Shown: positions 13,483-23,809, numbered from the stretch's first letter. The stretch: 27,131 bases of DNA from a virus (IMGVR_UViG_3300038379_000519:1-27131), one strand, 5' to 3'. Made by a program: numbers and translations. The notes: generated by a model from the sequence alone, not told the origin.

Positions 13483-15056
13483 GCAAGTCCCGCCCGGCCA
13501 TCCTCGACTCCAGCGGCAAGCCGTTTCCGGCTGCGAGTCGCCGCCGCGAGATGGCCGACATGGGCCGCGGCCGTCGCCCGCGAATCCGCGGCAGCTACGA
13601 CGCCGCGCAGGACCTGCAAGACACCTCGAATCACTGGGCTAGTGCAGACAGCCACGACGCCGACTCGGCGAACAGCCGCGCGGTCCGCGCGAAGCTGGTC
13701 CCCCGCGCTCGCTACGAAATCCAGAACAACGGATACAGCGACGGCATCGCCACGACCTATGCCGACGACCTGGTGGGGATCGGCCCGCAACTGCGGATGC
13801 AGACCAGTTCGGACGCCTTCAATCGCCTGGTCGAGCAGCAATGGTTCCTGTGGACCAAGGCCGTGCAGTTCCGCCGCAAGCTGTGGTGCGCGGCGCACGC
13901 GAAGCATAGCGACGGCGAGTCCATCGGCGTGATCCGCCGCAACCCCGGCGTCACGCATCCCGTGCCGCTGGACTGGTGCCTCTACGAAACGGAGCAGTGT
14001 CAGACGCCGTTCCTGCCGTTCGGCGAGCGTGGCTACATCGACGGGATCAAGTTCGACCAGTTCGGCAACGCCGTCTGGTACGACATCCTCGAAGAACACC
14101 CCGGCAGTAACCACCGGGCCAACTACAACCTCACGCCCGAGCGCGTGCCGGCCGAGTTCGTGACGCATTGGTTCAAGCTGCGGCGCCCCGGACAGCACCG
14201 CGGCATCCCCGAGACGACGAGCACGCTCAATCTTGGCGCGGCCTCCCGTCGCTGGCGTGAATCGACGCTCGCGCACGCGGAGATGATCGCCAAGCTGACG
14301 GTCCTGCTCAAGTCGCTGATGGAGCCGGCGGCAGAGGACGCCGACCCCGTGACGGCGATGAGCCAGTTGGAGTTGTTGGCCGGCACGATGATCGCGTTGC
14401 CGAACACGGTAGAGCCCGTGCAACTGGACGCGAAGCAGCCGGCGGCCACCTACTCGATGTTCCACAAGGCGCTGGTGAACGAGCAGGCCCGGCCGAAGTC
14501 GATGCCCTACAACAAGGCCGCTTGCGACAGCAGCGAATACAACTACGCCTCCGGCCGGCTCGACCACCAGACCTACAACAAGACGCTGGACGTCGAGCGG
14601 GCCGACTGCGACGAGTTGGTGTTGGACAAGGTGTTCGCGCAGTGGTTCATGTTCGCGGTCCGCCGCTTCCAGTGGCTGGGCGGTGAGCCTACTTCACTGG
14701 CCAACGTGATGCGGCTGCACGCCTGGGATTGGCCCAAGCATGGCGTGGTGGACATCGAGGCCGAGGCCAACGCGAACCAGACCAAATTGCAAAGCGGGCA
14801 GGTGTTCCTGCACGCGATCTACACCGACGCGGGGCAGGACTTCGAGGATGAGCTGGAGAAGGCCGCCATCAGCTACGGCGTCACGCCGGACGTGCTGCGC
14901 AAGCGGTTGCTGGATGTGATCCTCCCGCCCGTGCAACAGGCCGCGCCGCCGCCTGCGCCGAAGTCGCCGACCAACGGCGATGCGGCGGTGGACGGGTTCG
15001 CCGCGACGCTGCGCTGCAACGGACACGCCAACGGAGTGCATGTCAATGGCGGCTAA
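13479..15056 (+). CDS. Portal protein, lambda family
   Basis: YDAA, RARYEIQNNGY, DGIKFDQFG, RPGQHRGIP, YNYASGR. 525 aa. Confidence 0.92.
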   Translation: MSKSRPAILDSSGKPFPAASRRREMADMGRGRRPRIRGSYDAAQDLQDTSNHWASADSHDADSANSRAVRAKLVPRARYEIQNNGYSDGIATTYADDLVGIGPQLRMQTSSDAFNRLVEQQWFLWTKAVQFRRKLWCAAHAKHSDGESIGVIRRNPGVTHPVPLDWCLYETEQCQTPFLPFGERGYIDGIKFDQFGNAVWYDILEEHPGSNHRANYNLTPERVPAEFVTHWFKLRRPGQHRGIPETTSTLNLGAASRRWRESTLAHAEMIAKLTVLLKSLMEPAAEDADPVTAMSQLELLAGTMIALPNTVEPVQLDAKQPAATYSMFHKALVNEQARPKSMPYNKAACDSSEYNYASGRLDHQTYNKTLDVERADCDELVLDKVFAQWFMFAVRRFQWLGGEPTSLANVMRLHAWDWPKHGVVDIEAEANANQTKLQSGQVFLHAIYTDAGQDFEDELEKAAISYGVTPDVLRKRLLDVILPPVQQAAPPPAPKSPTNGDAAVDGFAATLRCNGHANGVHVNGG

Positions 15057-17109
15057 AAAGCAACAGCTGATTGCGATGTCGGCGCCGTGCTCCGTGGTCG
15101 CCGCCGAGGGCGACGGCAAGGGGCCGCGGCGATTTACCGCCGAGTTCTACACGGGCGGCCTCCTGCGACTCGACGGCTGGGATTTGCCGGTCGTGGTGGA
15201 CCTGGACGGGCTCAAGGAGAGCAACGTCCTGGTGGCCAACCTGGACCACGACCGGACAAAGCGGGTCGGCAATTTCGCGGTGGCGAACGACAAGCGGCGG
15301 CTGGTGGCCAGCGGCACGGCGACGGCGCGGACCGCGGCCCGCGATGAGGTCGTGGGGAGCGCCGAAGACGGCTACCAGTGGCAGGCCAGCCTGGAAGTCC
15401 AGCCGGAGAAGGTTGAGGCCGTCAAGGCCGGCAAGACGGTCGAGGTCAACGGCCAATCTTTCACGGGGCCGCTGTACGTGGCCCGCGTCGGGACGCTCAA
15501 GGGACTGGCGTTCGTCTCGCACGGTGCGGACGACAACACGACCGTTTCGATTGCGGCCGCGGCCGCTTCTTACAAGGGACAAAAGATGGACCCGAAGATT
15601 CAGGCGTGGGCCGAAGAAATGGGCGTGGACGTGGCCAACGCTTCGCCCGAACAACTCGCCAACATCGAGGCCAACTACGCCGGCCGCAACGGCTCGAAGC
15701 CTGCCGCGGCCAAGCCGTCCAATCCTTTCGAGGCCCGCAAGATCGAGGCCAAGCGACGGCAGGGTATCCGCGACGTCGCGGATAAGTGGCTCGATGGCCG
15801 CGAAAACGATCTGGAGTTTATCCAGGGAATAGAGAAGCTCTGCGATCACGCCGTCGAGGCCGGAATGAGCGTCTCGGACTTCCGCGCGGAGTTGCTAGAA
15901 GCGATGGTTCCGGAGAGCCGGACCGTGCCGGCCCCCCGCGTCCGCAACAACGGCCTGACGCCGCGGCTGCTGGAGGCGGCGCTGTGCCAGACGGGCCGGC
16001 TGGCCGACCTGGAAAAGCACTTCACCGACCAGGAATTACAGGCTGCGCACACCCGCTTCCGCGACGGGCTGAGCCTGAATCAGTTCCTGCTGTTGACCGC
16101 CGAGGCCAACGGCTACCGCGGCGACTCCGCGTCCCGCGTGACGATCGAGGTGCAGCGGGCCGCGTTCGGCCTGACGCCGAACTACCGCGCGATCCACGCG
16201 GCCGGCGGCGGTTTCTCGACCATCGACGTCGCCAACATCGTGGCGGCCACGGCCAACAAGTTCCTGCACGAAGGATGGATGGCGATTGACCAGACGCCGC
16301 TGCGAATCGCGGCGATCCGGCCGGTCTCCAACTTCCAGCAGGTCACGACCGTGAGCCTCACGGGCGCCCTCCAGTTCGAGAAGCTGGGCGCGGCCGGCGA
16401 GATCAAGCACGGCACGCTCGACGACATGACCTACACGAACCAGGCCGACACTTACGCGGCGATGCTCGCCATCACGCGCAAGGACATCATCAACGACAAC
16501 CTGGGCGCGTTGACCGCCGTGCCGCGGCGGCTGGGTCGCGGCGGTGCGCTCAAGCTGAATGACATCTTCTGGACCGAGTTCCTCGGTCTGGTGTCGGCCA
16601 GTTTCTTCGCCTCGGGCAACAGCAACATCAACACGGGCGTGGCGGACATGACGCTCGGAGGCCTGGCGGCCACCGAGACGATCTTCATGGAACAGACGGA
16701 CCCGGACGGGAAGCCTCTGGGCATCTCGCCCGCGATCATCCTGGTGCCGCCGGCCCTGAAGGCCACGGCCGTGGCCTTGATGGATCCGCAGGGCCTGTTG
16801 ATTACCGGGGCCTCGGCGACGATCCCCAACGCCAACGTGTTCCGCGGGCGGTTCCGCGTGGAGTCCTCGCCGTACATCAGCAACAGCAGCTACACCGGCT
16901 ACACCTCGGTGGGCTGGTGGATGCTGGCCGATCCCAACGACGTGCCGGTGATCGAGATCGCGGCGCTCAATGGCCGCGTGGAGCCGGTGGTGGAAACGGC
17001 GGACGCCGACTTCAACGTGCTGGGCGTGCAGATGCGCGGGTACAGCGACATCGGCGTGAACGAGCAAGAGTACCGCGGCGGCGTGTACGCCGACGGCGGC
17101 GCGTCCTAA
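15046..17109 (+). CDS. Prohead protease-scaffold-major capsid fusion protein
   Basis: N-terminal protease-like region (FYTGG, LDHD, WQASLE, AFVSHGADDNT). C-terminal capsid (GEIKHGT, ITRKDIINDNLGA, DPDGKPLGISP). Internal SD AAGGGA + ATG at 15586. Confidence 0.88.
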   Translation: MAAKKQQLIAMSAPCSVVAAEGDGKGPRRFTAEFYTGGLLRLDGWDLPVVVDLDGLKESNVLVANLDHDRTKRVGNFAVANDKRRLVASGTATARTAARDEVVGSAEDGYQWQASLEVQPEKVEAVKAGKTVEVNGQSFTGPLYVARVGTLKGLAFVSHGADDNTTVSIAAAAASYKGQKMDPKIQAWAEEMGVDVANASPEQLANIEANYAGRNGSKPAAAKPSNPFEARKIEAKRRQGIRDVADKWLDGRENDLEFIQGIEKLCDHAVEAGMSVSDFRAELLEAMVPESRTVPAPRVRNNGLTPRLLEAALCQTGRLADLEKHFTDQELQAAHTRFRDGLSLNQFLLLTAEANGYRGDSASRVTIEVQRAAFGLTPNYRAIHAAGGGFSTIDVANIVAATANKFLHEGWMAIDQTPLRIAAIRPVSNFQQVTTVSLTGALQFEKLGAAGEIKHGTLDDMTYTNQADTYAAMLAITRKDIINDNLGALTAVPRRLGRGGALKLNDIFWTEFLGLVSASFFASGNSNINTGVADMTLGGLAATETIFMEQTDPDGKPLGISPAIILVPPALKATAVALMDPQGLLITGASATIPNANVFRGRFRVESSPYISNSSYTGYTSVGWWMLADPNDVPVIEIAALNGRVEPVVETADADFNVLGVQMRGYSDIGVNEQEYRGGVYADGGAS

Positions 17110-17121
17110 CGGAGCGAACGA

Positions 17122-17370
17122 ATGAAAGTGCGGTTTCGCGTGAATCTCGGCAGCAGCGACGGCGCGGCGTTGCGACTGGACAACTGGCAGGACTGCCGCG
17201 TGGGTGCGGAGGTAGATCTGCCCGACGCGGCGGCCGGCGTGCTGGTAGCTCGCGGCGTAGCGGAGCCGGTCGCAGTCGATGTGCGCGGCGTGGCGAAACA
17301 GCCCGAGTTGACGGCCCCGGCTCCGGCGGCCGAAGCGAATCTACCCGCCAAGGCCAAGGCCAAGGCATAA
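17122..17370 (+). CDS. Small capsid-associated hypothetical protein
   Basis: SD GGAG, GAEVDLPD..A..LVARGVAEPV pattern, directly after capsid gene. Confidence 0.7.
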   Translation: MKVRFRVNLGSSDGAALRLDNWQDCRVGAEVDLPDAAAGVLVARGVAEPVAVDVRGVAKQPELTAPAPAAEANLPAKAKAKA

Positions 17371-17388
17371 CCAGCGAGGAACTCGACC

Positions 17389-18336
17389 ATGCCGGAAGCA
17401 ACCTACCGTCAGCCGGGATTGTTGATCGACTACACGCCGCTGGCCGCGGTGGTCGCGGGGCAGGTGCTGCAACTCCCAGACGGTCGCGCGGCCTTTGCCC
17501 CGACGGCGATTGCCGCGGGCGCCCTGGGAGCCGTGCAAGTCGAGGGCGTCTGCACGCTCACGAAGACGACCTCGATGGTCGTATTGCAGGGCTCGCGGAT
17601 TTTCTGGGACCACTCGGCCAACGCCGCCCACCTGCTGCACCGCAACGACAAGGATTTCTTTGTTGGCACGGCGCTGGAGGATGCGACGAGCGCCGGGACC
17701 ACAGTCAAGGTGGCCCTGAACGTCAAGCCGGTCTTCACCGTGGGCCTCGACAGCGGCTGGGTCGGCGTGCAGGTGCAGACGGCCGGCTTTGTCGCCGCGG
17801 CTGGCAGCGGCGAGGGTGTGAACCTCCGCTTCTCCGCGACGGCCGAAGCACAGAAGGTGGACGCCCTCTCGCACCGCGGGATGGCGGTCGCGGAAATCGG
17901 CGTCGTCCATGCTCTGATTTGCGTCAACGACGGCGGCGATGCCGCGGCGCTGGACTGCAATATCGGCCTGGCGAACGGCACGCACGCGACCGACGCGGAC
18001 GCGATTACCGAATCGCTCTTCTGCCACCTGGATGGCAACAGCGTGAACATCAACCTGGAGTCGGACGACGGGACCACGGAAGTGGCTGCGACCGATACCA
18101 CGGTCGATTACACGGCTGGCACGCCGTTCCTGGTGCAGTTTGACCTCCGCGACCTGACCGACATCCAGGCGTACATCGACGGCGTGAACGTGCTGCCGTC
18201 CAGCGTGTTCAAGCTCAACGCCGCCACCGGCCCGCTCAAGTTCCTGGCGCACCTGGAGAAGACCTCCGATGACACGCCGGGGAACGTGACGGTCCTGTAC
18301 GGCGGCGTGACCCAGTTCGAGGCCCTCAACTCCTAA
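17389..18336 (+). CDS. DUF2190-like capsid cement/decoration protein with C-terminal beta-rich extension
   Basis: IDYTP.AAVVAGQV, IAAGALGAVQVEGV, GSRIFWD, VGTALEDA, TVKVALN, plus about 200 extra residues. Confidence 0.8.
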   Translation: MPEATYRQPGLLIDYTPLAAVVAGQVLQLPDGRAAFAPTAIAAGALGAVQVEGVCTLTKTTSMVVLQGSRIFWDHSANAAHLLHRNDKDFFVGTALEDATSAGTTVKVALNVKPVFTVGLDSGWVGVQVQTAGFVAAAGSGEGVNLRFSATAEAQKVDALSHRGMAVAEIGVVHALICVNDGGDAAALDCNIGLANGTHATDADAITESLFCHLDGNSVNINLESDDGTTEVAATDTTVDYTAGTPFLVQFDLRDLTDIQAYIDGVNVLPSSVFKLNAATGPLKFLAHLEKTSDDTPGNVTVLYGGVTQFEALNS

Positions 18337-18710
18337 TGGCCGACCTACTCGCCACCGCTGCCGATTGGCTGGCCGATCAGTTGATCGAGCACGTCAGCCA
18401 GGCTGTGACCTACACGCGATACACGCGCGTCGGCAGCACGGTCACGGCGGCGAGCGTGAGCGTGTCGGCCACGATTGGCCGCAGCGAATTTGAGCAGGCC
18501 GACGGCGAGGTGCTGACCAGGTTTCGCAGCGTTGATTTCCTGATTCGCCCGGCCGATCTGGTTCTGTCCGGCAGCGAGATCACGCCGGCCCGCGGCGACA
18601 GGATCGACTGGAACGGCGCCACGTATGAGGTGATGGACGACAGCGGGCGTCCGGCGGACCGCGACGAACACGGCAAGCTGTGGAGGGTCCACACCAAACA
18701 AGTGAGTTAA
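18336..18710 (+). CDS. Head-tail joining (gpFII-like) protein
   Basis: DFLI..ADL, P.RGDRI, YEV, WRVHTK. Synteny. Confidence 0.75.
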   Translation: MADLLATAADWLADQLIEHVSQAVTYTRYTRVGSTVTAASVSVSATIGRSEFEQADGEVLTRFRSVDFLIRPADLVLSGSEITPARGDRIDWNGATYEVMDDSGRPADRDEHGKLWRVHTKQVS

Positions 18711-18714
18711 CCCG

Positions 18715-19161
18715 ATGGCGGCGCGACTCGTTACGGCGGCCGACGCGGTGGTAACCCGGATCAACGATGGGAGCCCTTACACGATCGGGGCCGTGGCGGC
18801 CACGCGGAAGTACGTGCCGCGTTACGAGCGGACATCCGCGGGCACATTGCAAGTCGTGGTGCTGCCGCGTGGCGATGTCCGCGACCCGGCGAGCCGCGCG
18901 GGCTGGCGGGAGGACTTTTACTGCGACGTCGGAGTTTACAAGTCCGTCACCGTAAACAATGAAGTTTCAGACGTCGACGATCTGTTGCTGCTGGTGGAGG
19001 AGTTGAAGGACCGGGTGCAATTCCAGACCTACGGCGATAACACCTGGCTCAGGACTGAGGGCGTGCCGGCGGACGACCCGGCCTGGCACGACGCGGATTT
19101 GAAAGACCTGCACGTACTCCTGGTGACATTCCGGCTCGTGCTGCGAGCCTTCCGCCGATAA
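18715..19161 (+). CDS. Putative tail terminator protein
   Basis: 148 aa just upstream of tail tube. Synteny only. Confidence 0.6.
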   Translation: MAARLVTAADAVVTRINDGSPYTIGAVAATRKYVPRYERTSAGTLQVVVLPRGDVRDPASRAGWREDFYCDVGVYKSVTVNNEVSDVDDLLLLVEELKDRVQFQTYGDNTWLRTEGVPADDPAWHDADLKDLHVLLVTFRLVLRAFRR

Positions 19162-19178
19162 CCGATGAGGGGTGAAGC

Positions 19179-19640
19179 ATGGCAGCTTCCAGCGTAGTCG
19201 GCCGCAGCGCGAAGCTCTATTACAACAGCGCCACGCACGCGACGCCGACGTGGGTGCTGATCGACCAGGCCATCGATGTCAGCGTACCCATGAGCAAGGG
19301 TAAGGCGGACGTGAGTTGCCGGGCCAGCTCGTACCGCAAGTACGGCGCGGGCCTCAAGGAAATCCGCCTGGAGTTCGGCTACCTGCACCAGAACGGCGCA
19401 GACACCGTGTTCGACGCCCTGCTGGCGAGTTATATCAGCGACACGCCGATTCAGCTGGCGGCGATGGACGTGGCGATTGCCACGAGCGGCGCGCAGGGTT
19501 TGCGGGCTTACTTCTTCGCCGCCGACATGAGCCAGGGGCAGGAGATGGAGGACGGCGTAAAATTCAACTTCGTGTTCGAGCACGCGCGGTTCATCGAGAG
19601 TTCCGCCGTGATTGACCCGAGCTGGTACGAGGTGGCGTGA
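19179..19640 (+). CDS. Putative major tail tube protein
   Basis: GRSAKLYYN, beta-rich 153 aa, SD GAGGGG. Position before chaperone and tape measure. Confidence 0.75.
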   Translation: MAASSVVGRSAKLYYNSATHATPTWVLIDQAIDVSVPMSKGKADVSCRASSYRKYGAGLKEIRLEFGYLHQNGADTVFDALLASYISDTPIQLAAMDVAIATSGAQGLRAYFFAADMSQGQEMEDGVKFNFVFEHARFIESSAVIDPSWYEVA

Positions 19641-19918
19641 TGGCGGTCAAGGATGTCAAGGAGGCCCGCGCCCGGATCGAGGAGGCGCTGGCGGACGTGC
19701 CGGTGGGGAGCGCCCGGCCGGTGGAGGTGCTGGCCGCGGACGTGGCGGCGGTGTGCGGCGCGCTGTCCGACGCGGTGGCCACGGCCCTGTACGGTGGGGC
19801 CGTCGCGGTCCTATCACCGCTGGTGCGCGAGGTGTGCGTCCAAGAGGACCAACTGCGGCACGTGCTGCGATTGTCTGCCGCGCCGAAGCCGGCGGAGGGG
19901 CCACGTGCTGACGTTTAA
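19640..19918 (+). CDS. Hypothetical protein
   Basis: TGATG coupling, good codon bias. Confidence 0.6.
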   Translation: MAVKDVKEARARIEEALADVPVGSARPVEVLAADVAAVCGALSDAVATALYGGAVAVLSPLVREVCVQEDQLRHVLRLSAAPKPAEGPRADV

Positions 19919-20381
19919 GGACGCCACGGGACACGAATGGACGCTGGCGATTACCTTCGGCTCGCTCAAGCGTGTCCGCGACCTGGCGGGCCTCGACCTG
20001 TTGGGCGCGGACCTGTCGAAGGCCCCCGGCCTGGCCGGCGACCCGTTCACTTTCTTCGCCTGCCTGTATGCGGCGATCAAGCCCGCGTGCGACGCGGACG
20101 GCCTGAGCAGCGAGGATTTCTCCGACCGATTGGACGGCGCGGCTTATCGCGCGGCGGTCGAAGCCTGGACGGAGGAACTGACGCGTTTTTTCCGCGAGGC
20201 CGGTCAACCGGCCGTGGCCGCGGCGCTGGCGAAGGGGCTGGCGGTGTCCGGCCTGGCGCAGGCCCGCGCGGAAGCGGAGCTGTCGGACCCGGCGACCGAC
20301 GCGGCGATCGCGGCGCAACTGGACCAGGCGGCGGAGACGTTCCGCAGCCGGCTGAACGGGACGACTCCGGCGGCAGCGTAG
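19905..20381 (+). CDS. Tail assembly chaperone (gpG-like)
   Basis: SD GGAGGGG + GTG, TFKDATGHEWTLAIT...ELTRFF. Contains slippery T TTT TTC at 20186-20192. Confidence 0.75.
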   Translation: MLTFKDATGHEWTLAITFGSLKRVRDLAGLDLLGADLSKAPGLAGDPFTFFACLYAAIKPACDADGLSSEDFSDRLDGAAYRAAVEAWTEELTRFFREAGQPAVAAALAKGLAVSGLAQARAEAELSDPATDAAIAAQLDQAAETFRSRLNGTTPAAA

Positions 20382-20719
20382 AGCAGCAGGATCCCTGGGA
20401 GCGGGTCTACGAACTGGCCGGTTCGGTCGGCGTGGACCCCGACCCGCTGACGCTGGCCGAATTGCTGGCGATGGCCCGCGGGGCGTGGGACCAGAACGCC
20501 ACGCTGTGCGCCGTACTGGCCAACTGCCACCGGGGCAAGGGGCAGCGGGCGTACGCCATGCAGGACTTCCACCCGTTCCGCCGCGGAGAGGGGGGCGGGT
20601 CGGCGGGCATTCGCCTCACGCCGGCCACCATCGGCGTGCTCAAGGCGTGCCTCTCGGACAAACAGCTGGCCGAGTTGGAGAAGCGGCGACGGCAGAAAGC
20701 GCAGGCCGCCAATGGTTAG
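20192..20719 (+). CDS. gpT-like -1 frameshift extension of the tail chaperone
   Basis: -1 frame is open from the slippery site to 20719 and encodes LAGSVGVDPDPLTLAELLAM...ANCHR...DFHPF. Confidence 0.65.
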   Translation, partial: PRGRSTGRGRGAGEGAGGVRPGAGPRGSGAVGPGDRRGDRGATGPGGGDVPQPAERDDSGGSVEQQDPWERVYELAGSVGVDPDPLTLAELLAMARGAWDQNATLCAVLANCHRGKGQRAYAMQDFHPFRRGEGGGSAGIRLTPATIGVLKACLSDKQLAELEKRRRQKAQAANG

Positions 20720-21248
20720 CCGTGGCTTCACCGTTTCGATGCGACTCAAGGATGTCTTTTTCGACCGGCCGGCGGTTCGCAACGCGCTCAAGGCCCCCAC
20801 GAAGAAGGCGCTCAGCAAGGCGGGCGCGTTCATCCAGCGGCGGGCTCGCAGCAGCATGCGGCGGAAGAGCGCTGCCATTCGCCGCAAGGGCAAGATCGTC
20901 GGGTTCCGTGAGCGGACACCCAGCCCCGCGGGCTCGCCCCCCTTCGCCTGGAGCCGCGACAAATTCGCCACGTTGAAAAACATCCTCTTCGGCTACGACG
21001 AGAACCGCGAGAGCGTGATCGTGGGTCCGGTCGGGTTCGGCCGCAAGGAGGTTCCGGCCCTGCATGAGTTCGGCGGCACGGCCAAGCGGACCCGGATCAA
21101 GTTCCGCCGCCGCGGCGGGCGCAACGTGCCGATCAAGGAGCACTACACGGCCCGCTATCCAGCCCGGCCGTTTATGGGTCCGGCCCTGGCGGCCGAGGCC
21201 CCGAAGCTGCCGCCGTTGTTCCGCGGCGTACTGGGGAGGGGTGGCTGA
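20712..21248 (+). CDS. Basic tail-completion/neck protein (HK97 gp10/virion morphogenesis-like)
   Basis: Arg/Lys rich, LHEFGG and YPARPFMGPAL motifs. Confidence 0.75.
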   Translation: MVSRGFTVSMRLKDVFFDRPAVRNALKAPTKKALSKAGAFIQRRARSSMRRKSAAIRRKGKIVGFRERTPSPAGSPPFAWSRDKFATLKNILFGYDENRESVIVGPVGFGRKEVPALHEFGGTAKRTRIKFRRRGGRNVPIKEHYTARYPARPFMGPALAAEAPKLPPLFRGVLGRGG

Positions 21249-22918
21249 TGGCGCTGGGCGACATCAAGGCCGGGCGGGCGTTCGTCGAGCTGTTCGCAAA
21301 GGACAACCTCGACCCGGGCCTCAAGTCCGCGCTGGCCAAGCTGCGCTCTTTCGGCACGGCGTTGCAAGGCGCGGGCGCCACGCTGTTCGGAATCGGGGCC
21401 GGCATCACGGCGGCCCTGGGGGGGGCGGTGGCCGTGTTCGCCTCGACCGGCGATGCCATCGACGAGATGAGCCAGCGGACCGGGTTCTCCGCGGAGGCGC
21501 TATCCGAGCTGGGCCACGCCGCGGCCCTCTCGGGCGGGAGCATGGAGGACTTGGAGATCGCGATCAAGCAGATGCAAAAGCAGATCGGCAACGCGAGCAA
21601 GGGGAGCGAGCAGGCGACCAAGACGCTGGCGGCACTGGGCGTGCCGATTGAACAGCTTGCCGGCCTCGAGCCGGAAAAGCAGTTCGCCCTGATCGCCGAC
21701 GGGATCGCGGCCATCGAAGACCCGACGTTGCGGGCGGCGGCCGCGCTCTCCGTGTTCGGCAGAAGCGGCATGAAGATGCTGCCGCTGATCGGCGGCGGGG
21801 CGGCGGGACTGGCCCAGTTGCGGCAGCAGGCCGCCGCGGCCGGGGCCACGATCTCCACGACCAGCGCCCAGCAGGCGGGCCGCCTGTCCGACGCCCTGGA
21901 CAGCCTGCGGGGCACGCTCAAGCAGATCACGTTCGCAATTGGCGAGGCCCTTGTGAAGCCCGCGCAGGCCGCGGTGGACTGGCTGCGGAATGCTGCCGTC
22001 GCGGTGCTCGCGTTCGCCAAGGCGAATGCCGGCCTGGTGCAGATCGTGGCCGTGGGGGCGCTGGCTCTGGCCGGCCTGGGGGCGGCGCTCTTCGCGGCCG
22101 GGACCGCGGCCATCCTGATTAACAGCGTGATTACCCTGGGGGCCACGCTGTTCGCCGCCTTTATGGCCACGATTGCGGCCCTGCCCGCGATCCTGGCGTT
22201 TGCCGCGGCCAACTTCGGTCTGATCGCCGCTGCGGTGGGGGCGGCCACGGCCGGCCTTGCGATTCTGATCGCCTACGTCGATCAACTCTGGGAGGCCCTG
22301 AAAAACGCCAGCGACGCGATCATCGCCGGCGACTGGTCGCTGGCCCTCCAGACGTTCGCGGCCACACTGAAACTCGGCTTCATGCGGGCGATCGCGCCGC
22401 TCGAAGCGCTCTGGCTCGGCTTCCGGGAAGTGGTGCTGAACATCCTGGACGAGATTGCGGTGGCCGCCGCCAACAACGCGGCGGCCATTCCGCTGCTGGG
22501 CAAGTTGGTGCCCGGCGACGAGGCGAGCCGCAACGCGGCCCTTGCCCAGCGGCAGGAGGCGCGGCGCAACCGCACGGGCGACGACCTGGCGGCCATCGAG
22601 AAAAACCTGCGCGACGAGGAAAAGGCGCTCGCGGAACTGATGCGGCAGGGGGCCGAGGCGCGGGCCGAAGCGGAGGAAGGATTCCGCAAGAAATTCGAGG
22701 GCATCGCGACCGAGCCGAAACCCGGCTTGCAACCCGGCGCGGCCGGCCTGGCCGCCTTCGGCGTCGGGGCGTTTTCCAGTTTCGCGGCGGGGCTGCTGGG
22801 TCGGCAGGGCGGGCAGCAGACGCTGCTGGAGCAACTCACGAAGGAGGTGGCGGACGCGGCCGAGGAGGAGGTCGCGATTCTGCGGCGGATCGAAACCAAC
22901 GGGGCGGTGTTGGTGTAG
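21248..22918 (+). CDS. Tail tape measure protein (556 aa)
   Basis: AGRAFVEL start, MSQRTG.S.E.LSEL, AAALSVFGRSG, Ala/Leu-rich helical and hydrophobic middle. Confidence 0.9.
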   Translation: MALGDIKAGRAFVELFAKDNLDPGLKSALAKLRSFGTALQGAGATLFGIGAGITAALGGAVAVFASTGDAIDEMSQRTGFSAEALSELGHAAALSGGSMEDLEIAIKQMQKQIGNASKGSEQATKTLAALGVPIEQLAGLEPEKQFALIADGIAAIEDPTLRAAAALSVFGRSGMKMLPLIGGGAAGLAQLRQQAAAAGATISTTSAQQAGRLSDALDSLRGTLKQITFAIGEALVKPAQAAVDWLRNAAVAVLAFAKANAGLVQIVAVGALALAGLGAALFAAGTAAILINSVITLGATLFAAFMATIAALPAILAFAAANFGLIAAAVGAATAGLAILIAYVDQLWEALKNASDAIIAGDWSLALQTFAATLKLGFMRAIAPLEALWLGFREVVLNILDEIAVAAANNAAAIPLLGKLVPGDEASRNAALAQRQEARRNRTGDDLAAIEKNLRDEEKALAELMRQGAEARAEAEEGFRKKFEGIATEPKPGLQPGAAGLAAFGVGAFSSFAAGLLGRQGGQQTLLEQLTKEVADAAEEEVAILRRIETNGAVLV

Positions 22919-22921
22919 CCG

Positions 22922-23776
22922 ATGACGACGATTTACGAGAAATACGCCGAGCGGTCTGGTGAGGCGCAGGAAGAGGCCTCGCGGCAGGAGCTGGTGTACA
23001 TCGTCACGGACACGGACAGCGACCTGGCGGTATACCAGGCGGCCTTGGCCCACAGCCCGTTCCAGCGGGTGGACCCTGTCAGCACGAGTTTGCTCGACCG
23101 AGACAGCGTGCAGGTCCGCCAGGTCGAGGGCGAAATCTGGGAGGCCACCGTCCGCTACGTCCACCCGGGCAAAAAGAAAAAGCCGGAGCCGGAGACGGGC
23201 GAGATCACAATCGAGTGGTCCACCACCGGCGGGACGGGGCACGTCAAGCAGAGCAAGCGGACGATCCAGAAAAAGGCCGGGCCGGCGCTCGACTCGATCA
23301 CGCCCGATTTCCGGCAGGCGATCAACGTGCGGACGGACGGCAGCGGGCGTGTCGACGTCGATGGCACGGACATCGTGATCCCGCAACTCAATTTCTCCAT
23401 CACCAAGTACCAGCCCGCCGACTTCGTGGACCTGGCGTACGTCAAGAAAATCGCCCAGGCCACCGGCAAGATGAACGGGGACGATTTTTACGGCTTCGCG
23501 CCGGGTGAACTCTTGTTCCTGGGCGGGAGCGGGTCGCAGCGGAACCGCGGCGATTGGCAGGTGCGGTACGAGTTCGCCTACAGCGAGAATCTTTCCAGCG
23601 TGCCGATCGCGCCGATGGAGGGCCTGGTCCTGTCGCAGAAAAAGGGCTGGGACTACGCCTGGGTGTATTACCTGCCGGCGAGCGACGACGACGCCAAGGT
23701 GCTGATCGCCAAGCCGGCCGCGGCGTTCATCGAGCGGATTTACGACGAGGCGCAGTTTAGCGAGTTGGGAATTTAG
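22922..23776 (+). CDS. Putative distal tail/baseplate protein
   Basis: 284 aa immediately after tape measure, GKMN.DDFYGF.PGELLFLG. Confidence 0.65.
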   Translation: MTTIYEKYAERSGEAQEEASRQELVYIVTDTDSDLAVYQAALAHSPFQRVDPVSTSLLDRDSVQVRQVEGEIWEATVRYVHPGKKKKPEPETGEITIEWSTTGGTGHVKQSKRTIQKKAGPALDSITPDFRQAINVRTDGSGRVDVDGTDIVIPQLNFSITKYQPADFVDLAYVKKIAQATGKMNGDDFYGFAPGELLFLGGSGSQRNRGDWQVRYEFAYSENLSSVPIAPMEGLVLSQKKGWDYAWVYYLPASDDDAKVLIAKPAAAFIERIYDEAQFSELGI

Positions 23777-23777
23777 C

Positions 23778-23795
23778 CGCGGGACTTGTCCCGCG
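23778..23795. repeat. REP-like intergenic palindrome CGCGGGAC-TT-GTCCCGCG
   Basis: Perfect 8-bp arms in a 33-nt intergenic gap, no U-tract. Confidence 0.55.
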
Positions 23796-23809
23796 CGGGA
23801 GCGCATCGC

